From NCBI GenBank assembly GCA_028710695.1, contig JAQTTP010000001.1, forward strand, positions 60,001 through 92,000: 32,000 bases of DNA, given 5' to 3'. This document shows, piece by piece, positions 27,011 through 32,000 of the stretch (its first letter is position 1; the number at the start of each line of letters is the position of its first letter). Origin of the DNA: Candidatus Iainarchaeum sp. (GTDB lineage: Archaea; Iainarchaeota; Iainarchaeia; Iainarchaeales; 0-14-0-20-30-16). The notes beneath the pieces are model-generated. The model searched no databases, had not been told where the DNA came from, and worked only from the letters and a program-made list of their open reading frames with translations. A program made the position numbers and the translations under genes.

Positions 27011-28252
27011 ATGCCTACTAGAATTGCAGAACGAAGAACACAGCTTGCAGAAAGGCTAAGAACTTTGAACACTAAACATTCCTGGATGCAATTTGAGAGC
27101 ATATATCAAAGACCTGCAGAAAGACCAAGAAAAGTGGGGGGTCGAAAATTTACTGTTTATTCTGAAACTGAAAGGCAGTTGTCAGAAGTGATACCTGAAT
27201 ATTGGGACAAAGAAAGTTTAAGAAAATTTGTAAAAAAACATGGCCTCGGATATGAACATATTAAATTACTCCGTATAAAACGATATTTTCGTGAAGCAGC
27301 AGTGGAGGCCAGGAAAGAATTATTAGAAACATTATTTTATAACCCTGAAAAAATAAAAGAAAAATATGATGCTTTGCAAGAAAAAATTGCTAAAGGTGCG
27401 TCTAAATCTAGTGGGTTGGTTGATTGGTCACGCGCAGAGTACATTTTAAATGTCGAATTAACTTCTGTTTTTAGGCGTATGTCAATCTGGATGAACTCAA
27501 AATTTGGAGAAACGCGGGCCGTAGGTCCAGACAATGAATTAGCAGCAAAAACTATTTGTAATTTGTTTAGCGAAGCTTATAAAAAATTTTCTGGACAAAC
27601 TCTCTTTTATAAGGACTATGAGGCCAGGGTCAAAGGGTTTCTTTCAAATCCTTTTTTTGCACTTCAAACAAATGCGCTTGAGCGATTTTTATATTTAGGG
27701 GAAACAAAGGGTATTGAGAATCTAATTTATTGGTATAAAAAATTAAGGGCTGGAGAGAAGGTAACCTTTTTTGATCTTCAAAAAGATTCTGTACTATGGG
27801 GCCTATATGTTCCAAGAGGACCAGGCCATAGTTTTCGGTGGGCGGATAAAATATTTGGCCTTACTGCGGGAGTTAATGTATTAAGTCACGAATTTATACA
27901 TATGATGTTAAACAATACTCTTTCCCATCGTCGTCGTCCACTATTTAGGAATGAATCTTTTGTAGATTATCTTGCTCATTTATTTACAATCATATCTTGC
28001 CCACATGATGTACGTATTAGTAAGAGATCCAGCACATTTACTAAACCTCAACAGGAGTTTATTGAAAGTTGTGTGTTCGGAAGCCAAGGTTATGAACGTT
28101 GGGAAGAACTGCCTAATTTGTTTTCATCAAGCCCTGGTTTAGAATATGATTTGGGGGTAGAGGCCGCAAGAAAATTTTGCGAATCAGTAGGTTATGACAA
28201 AGAAAAGATAAAACAAAGAATACAAAAAGAATTAGCTACAATATATTCTTAG
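27011..28252 (+). CDS. Putative zinc-metallopeptidase (HExxH) of unassigned family
   Basis: 413 aa; NVLSHEFIHMMLNNTL and downstream NESFVDYLAHLF; no signal peptide seen. Confidence 0.65.
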   Translation: MPTRIAERRTQLAERLRTLNTKHSWMQFESIYQRPAERPRKVGGRKFTVYSETERQLSEVIPEYWDKESLRKFVKKHGLGYEHIKLLRIKRYFREAAVEARKELLETLFYNPEKIKEKYDALQEKIAKGASKSSGLVDWSRAEYILNVELTSVFRRMSIWMNSKFGETRAVGPDNELAAKTICNLFSEAYKKFSGQTLFYKDYEARVKGFLSNPFFALQTNALERFLYLGETKGIENLIYWYKKLRAGEKVTFFDLQKDSVLWGLYVPRGPGHSFRWADKIFGLTAGVNVLSHEFIHMMLNNTLSHRRRPLFRNESFVDYLAHLFTIISCPHDVRISKRSSTFTKPQQEFIESCVFGSQGYERWEELPNLFSSSPGLEYDLGVEAARKFCESVGYDKEKIKQRIQKELATIYS

Positions 28253-28257
28253 TTACA

Positions 28258-28719
28258 TTACTTATTTTCAAATATATACCACATTAGTAGAATACATCCA
28301 GAAACAAAGAACCAACCAAATATATGCAAATATTCCACAGTTCCTTTTGTTGAATATTCAAAAATAATATACAACCTTAAAAGGTTCACAACAAACAAAA
28401 CAGGAATAGATGCAATTAAAAAAATCACAATTTGTTTCCAATTCTTCTTTGTGAGCTTAAATGCCTTTTGAACAATTACTATGCTTGCTAACAAAAATAT
28501 GGCTACAAATCCAGTACATAAATTGTTTATGCTTACTTCGTAGCCATCTTTATGCAAAGTAGGTAAGTCAGAATAGTTTAAATCTTCACTAATAAATACA
28601 TCAAGAGTTTTTCCAGTAATTGCTGGAAAAGGGAGTTTAACGTAATCTATTAGGGCCATAAAACAAATGTTTACTATAAGACAAACGATAATGAAACCCC
28701 AAATCTTTTTGTTTATCAT
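28258..28719 (-). CDS. Small exosortase/archaeosortase-like membrane protein
   Basis: 153 aa; catalytic-type arrangement SINNLCTGF - NLLRLYII - YLHIFGWFF in transmembrane context. Confidence 0.75.
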   Translation of the reverse strand: MINKKIWGFIIVCLIVNICFMALIDYVKLPFPAITGKTLDVFISEDLNYSDLPTLHKDGYEVSINNLCTGFVAIFLLASIVIVQKAFKLTKKNWKQIVIFLIASIPVLFVVNLLRLYIIFEYSTKGTVEYLHIFGWFFVSGCILLMWYIFENK

Positions 28720-28785
28720 ATAAGATAGAAAATAATAAAGCTTTTTAATAACTCATTTGTTATTTATATATCTTTGAGTGGTATT

Positions 28786-29139
28786 ATGGCTAGAAAAGGA
28801 CAAATAAGTCTTGATCTCTTATTGGCAGTAATCATCTTTGCGATCCTTTTCTCGGTATTTTTCGTTTTTGGCAATACAATTGTTGAAAAATCAGATTTGT
28901 TTAAACAAGACGCCGAGCTTTCAAAAGAAGCAAACGAACTGAGGCCATACTTTGCAGCCATATCTTTACCACCGGAATACAAACTTCTTTATGACTTAGG
29001 CTGTAAAGATAAATCTTTCTACACTCAAGATGGGAATTATTTTGTTTCTTTTGCTGACGGAAATGGTCTGGAGAAATTAATAGCCCCCGGAAATTTAGAT
29101 AATTATTTTTGTAATACCAAAGTTTATTTCAATAAATGA
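28786..29139 (+). CDS. Pseudopilin-like protein 1
   Basis: MARKGQISLDLLLAVIIFAILFSVFFVFG; TATA-like tatttatata at 28761; ORF also open to 28774. Confidence 0.75.
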   Translation: MARKGQISLDLLLAVIIFAILFSVFFVFGNTIVEKSDLFKQDAELSKEANELRPYFAAISLPPEYKLLYDLGCKDKSFYTQDGNYFVSFADGNGLEKLIAPGNLDNYFCNTKVYFNK

Positions 29140-29624
29140 TTTTTATGGTGCGATTAAATCGGAAAGGAATAATGTTTTCATTGGATTTGGTCTTTGCAGT
29201 TGTGCTATTTGTACTTCTGTTTGGAATATTATATCAAACCTTTTCCTATTCTTTACACCAATATAACTCTCTAAAAACAAATGTAGAGTTAAGCAGCTAT
29301 TTAGACCTGATCGAAAACAAATTTGTTTTAAGCAAAGATTTCTCATGTGATCTTGTAACTCAGGATGATGTAGTAATAAAACAAATTGCTTATTGTATAG
29401 ATACCTCTAAATTTAATCGAAATTTGCTTGCCTTGCCACCAGCTCTGAAATTATCAATCCCCGAGTTAAATATTAATGATACAATAGAAATGGAGTTTGC
29501 AAAAAAGTTCAAAGTAATTTTGCATAATGGCCCAGTAAAAAAAGCAGATTATTATAATTGTGTAATGGGTGCGGAATGTAAACTTGTAGAATCAGAATTA
29601 ACTATTGGGGTTGGTTATCAATGA
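29136..29624 (+). CDS. Pseudopilin-like protein 2
   Basis: NRKGIMFSLDLVFAVVLFVLLFGILYQTF; ATGA overlap with upstream stop. Confidence 0.75.
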   Translation: MIFMVRLNRKGIMFSLDLVFAVVLFVLLFGILYQTFSYSLHQYNSLKTNVELSSYLDLIENKFVLSKDFSCDLVTQDDVVIKQIAYCIDTSKFNRNLLALPPALKLSIPELNINDTIEMEFAKKFKVILHNGPVKKADYYNCVMGAECKLVESELTIGVGYQ

Positions 29625-29890
29625 ATCGCGGATTCATATTCACATTTGACCTGCTTTTTATAGTTGGCCTGTTTATAACTCTTTTTTCTGTGCCAGTAAA
29701 TGATTCTAAGACCCCCTATTTTGATTACTCTTATATGAACTCAGATAAAATGATGTCATATTATTTTGACAAGAGCCCAGCAGATGTAAACAAAGATGTA
29801 AGTTTTTTGTGTTATAATACTTACAAGCAAAACCCTGGAGAAGAACAAGCCCAAATAAAAGAATATTGCTATGGTGGTTATCATGAATAA
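29621..29890 (+). CDS. Pseudopilin-like protein 3
   Basis: MNRGFIFTFDLLFIVGLFITLFSVP; ATGA overlap with upstream stop. Confidence 0.7.
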   Translation: MNRGFIFTFDLLFIVGLFITLFSVPVNDSKTPYFDYSYMNSDKMMSYYFDKSPADVNKDVSFLCYNTYKQNPGEEQAQIKEYCYGGYHE

Positions 29891-30413
29891 TAGATCAAGT
29901 AAAGGTTTTTTCAGCGTGATCCTGGCAGTAGCGGGGGTTGCTCTTTTGTTGTTTAATATTTCAATTCCAACATATACCTCAAATAATTATCCTGAATTTA
30001 TAACAAAAAATGAAATGCAATATTTGTATTTAAATAATGTGATAACAAAACAGATGGCAGATTATTTTATTTCTACTCCCGGTTGTGATTTTGATTTTGT
30101 GGGATTCAAAGATTATCTAAACTCTAATGCTGCGTCTTTCTGCGAAAACTTTAGTAGCGAATTCTTTAAGTGCGATATTAAGGTAGTAACCGTATTTCAA
30201 AAGTTTGGGTTAACAAATGTAACTCTTTCTATAAATAATTCTTTTGATAAAGGGGCAATCCACTTTACATATTCAAAAGAAATAACATTTTCAAAAATAT
30301 TTGCCCCAACACAACTTACAATACCTATGCCAGATGGTACAGAACAAAAGACTTGTAATTATACAATAACTGATTTTGAATCCCAGTTAGTAGAAGCATC
30401 AGGAACCAAATAA
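29883..30413 (+). CDS. Pseudopilin-like protein 4
   Basis: MNNRSSKGFFSVILAVAGVALLLFNISIPTYT; overlaps upstream gene by 8 nt (ORF also open from 29871). Confidence 0.65.
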   Translation: MNNRSSKGFFSVILAVAGVALLLFNISIPTYTSNNYPEFITKNEMQYLYLNNVITKQMADYFISTPGCDFDFVGFKDYLNSNAASFCENFSSEFFKCDIKVVTVFQKFGLTNVTLSINNSFDKGAIHFTYSKEITFSKIFAPTQLTIPMPDGTEQKTCNYTITDFESQLVEASGTK

Positions 30414-31784
30414 AGTAGTTTGCTTTGCTTTTTCGCGTGTAGGTGTCAAATCTTTTTCTGAGGCTTTTGCATTGTTGTTTTTTGTCTCCTCTTTTTGTTT
30501 TTCTTTACCTTGTAGGTTGTCAAAGCCCATCTTGATTTTCTTTGTATTGATTTTGTTTGACTCCTTTTTATCATCTTTTTTGTCTTCTTTTGCAAGTAGT
30601 TTAAATTTTATCTTTAACAGCTTCTCAAGGTTTTCTAATTCTAAATCTGTATACCTGCTTTGTAGGAACTCGGCATCAGCGCTTTCAAAATACTGTTTAT
30701 AATATGGAATTTCATTTAAAATTCTTTTTGAGCTTCCCCGTATCAGTTTTTGCACTAACTTTGCAATTTCTTTGTTTTTTGAAAAGCTACTTCTTTCTTT
30801 AGACATCCTTGAAATAAAAGTTGGAAAATTGAACTTTGCAAACTTTTTGTTCTTTAACATAAAAGGCGCAACAATGCCAGTCATTAAATAATATTTCAAG
30901 AAAATCCAATTCTGTCTTTTGTAAATATAATTCCTCATCAAATCCGCATAGGACACAAGATCGTATGCTTTTTTTAGTTCAGGGTAACCATAAATATTAG
31001 AAATATTTTCATTAACCCATGCAAATTGCATATCATAATCTATATTGCAGGAATCTTGTATCCGCTTGCCTTCTGTTAGAGACTTTGATCTTTGTAAATT
31101 CATCAATGTCGAAAATATATTATCTGTTTTCTCTCTTTCCCCCAATATTGCAACAGTTTTTTCTGTTACTCCAATATCAGCCAATGCTTCTAAATCCAAA
31201 ATTGCAGAACGTATATCTCCTTTTGCGTTTTTTGCAATCATTTCTAAAGCGTTCTCAGAAAAATAAATGTCTTCTTTTGCAATAATGTCTTTTAGTTTTT
31301 TCTGTATTTCTAAATAAGTTAATTTCTTTAGATTCACTACGACACAATAATTTACTACGTCTCTGATCTTCTGATTAGAATAAACATCCGTTGCGGTGAA
31401 TATAACTGGATTTTTTGCAACCTTTATTATTTCTAGAATTTTAGAACTTGCTCCACTGTCTTTTACTGGCAAGAAATCTAGATCTTCAAAAATGAAAAGG
31501 TTTCTTTTATTAAAAAATGAGTTTGACTGAACAAATAATTCCATTCTTTTTTCCAGAGATTCTTTGTCTCTCTGTTCATCAGGGCTGATTTCGTTTATTT
31601 GCCAATTTTTTTCATAAGAAACAACTCTGGCAATAGTGCTTTTCCCAACCCCTGTGCCACCTACAAGCAAAAGTGGTTTACGTTCTTTGTCGAAGTTTTC
31701 AGCCCAGGCTTTTACATCAGCAATGGCTTGTTTGTTTCCTACAAACCCTTCGTAGCCCTGTGGCTCGTATTTATCTAAGAACAT
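30399..31784 (-). CDS. rfcL: Replication factor C large subunit
   Basis: 461 aa; Walker A VGGTGVGKST, NAKGDIRSAILDLEAL sensor region, Lys/Glu-rich tail ending QTTLFGS (PIP-box-like). Confidence 0.85.
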   Translation of the reverse strand: MFLDKYEPQGYEGFVGNKQAIADVKAWAENFDKERKPLLLVGGTGVGKSTIARVVSYEKNWQINEISPDEQRDKESLEKRMELFVQSNSFFNKRNLFIFEDLDFLPVKDSGASSKILEIIKVAKNPVIFTATDVYSNQKIRDVVNYCVVVNLKKLTYLEIQKKLKDIIAKEDIYFSENALEMIAKNAKGDIRSAILDLEALADIGVTEKTVAILGEREKTDNIFSTLMNLQRSKSLTEGKRIQDSCNIDYDMQFAWVNENISNIYGYPELKKAYDLVSYADLMRNYIYKRQNWIFLKYYLMTGIVAPFMLKNKKFAKFNFPTFISRMSKERSSFSKNKEIAKLVQKLIRGSSKRILNEIPYYKQYFESADAEFLQSRYTDLELENLEKLLKIKFKLLAKEDKKDDKKESNKINTKKIKMGFDNLQGKEKQKEETKNNNAKASEKDLTPTREKAKQTTLFGS

Positions 31785-31852
31785 ATATATTCTTGTCTCA
31801 GATTAACCTTAAATAAATATGGGGAGGTATTCTAACCCCCAGAATTAGATAA

Positions 31853-32000
31853 TTATTGGGTATTTTTTTCCTTTTCGAATTGAGTTTCCATTGCTTTTTC
31901 AACTTCTCTTACGAATTCAGGCTCTTTATCTGATGCTTTTTCTAAATGTTTATCCTCTAATTTATTGTGTACATAAAAATAAGCAGTTATTATTGCATCT
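31853..32000 (-). CDS. Partial CDS running off the window end (C-terminus only), unknown
   Basis: Minus-strand translation DAIITAYFYVHNKLEDKHLEKASDKEPEFVREVEKAMETQFEKEKNTQ*. Confidence 0.5.
   Translation of the reverse strand, partial: DAIITAYFYVHNKLEDKHLEKASDKEPEFVREVEKAMETQFEKEKNTQ

Noticed and set aside
31830-31845. GGGG...CCCC inverted sequence between RfcL and the partial terminal gene
   Set aside because: Only about 5 bp of stem; could be a terminator fragment but not distinguishable from chance.
1-32000. CRISPR array, restriction-modification, transposase, prophage or cas-like genes
   Set aside because: No direct repeat-spacer pattern, nuclease/methyltransferase motifs or integrase/transposase motifs were seen in any frame inspected by eye; a formal search would still be needed.

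Overview
This is a gene-dense, AT-rich archaeal chromosomal window. Small genome style, many overlapping or abutting genes, and gene content suggest a DPANN-type archaeon; the phylum is inference. No rRNA, CRISPR array, transposase or phage module was recognised. Information-processing core: TopA, aEF1B plus a 49-aa zinc-ribbon ORF absent from the supplied track, tRNA-Arg(TCG), PAC2 chaperone / aIF2alpha / S27e / GINS / PriS operon, RPA, RadA, Rad50, EndoQ, SecF/SecD, ThpR and RFC large subunit. Accessory content: a DUF2683-like/RelE-like toxin-antitoxin pair, an endonuclease-type MutL, an orphan solute-binding protein divergent from a TrmB regulator, a very cysteine-rich secreted protein, an isolated pilin-like gene, and a surface cluster (HExxH protein, ~153-aa exosortase/archaeosortase-like protein, four overlapping pseudopilin-like genes). 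The most interesting non-coding signal is a dispersed hairpin element found three times (about 6514-6555 minus, 15735-15777 plus, 26898-26937 plus), always downstream of and co-oriented with a gene (mutL, rpa, secD). It keeps a one-base bulge and shows a compensatory stem change. Other notable signals are an exact 2x20 bp tandem repeat in the priS/rpa divergent promoter, operator-like inverted repeats upstream of the TA pair, and a GINS B-domain-like tail shared by the adjacent GINS and PriS genes.
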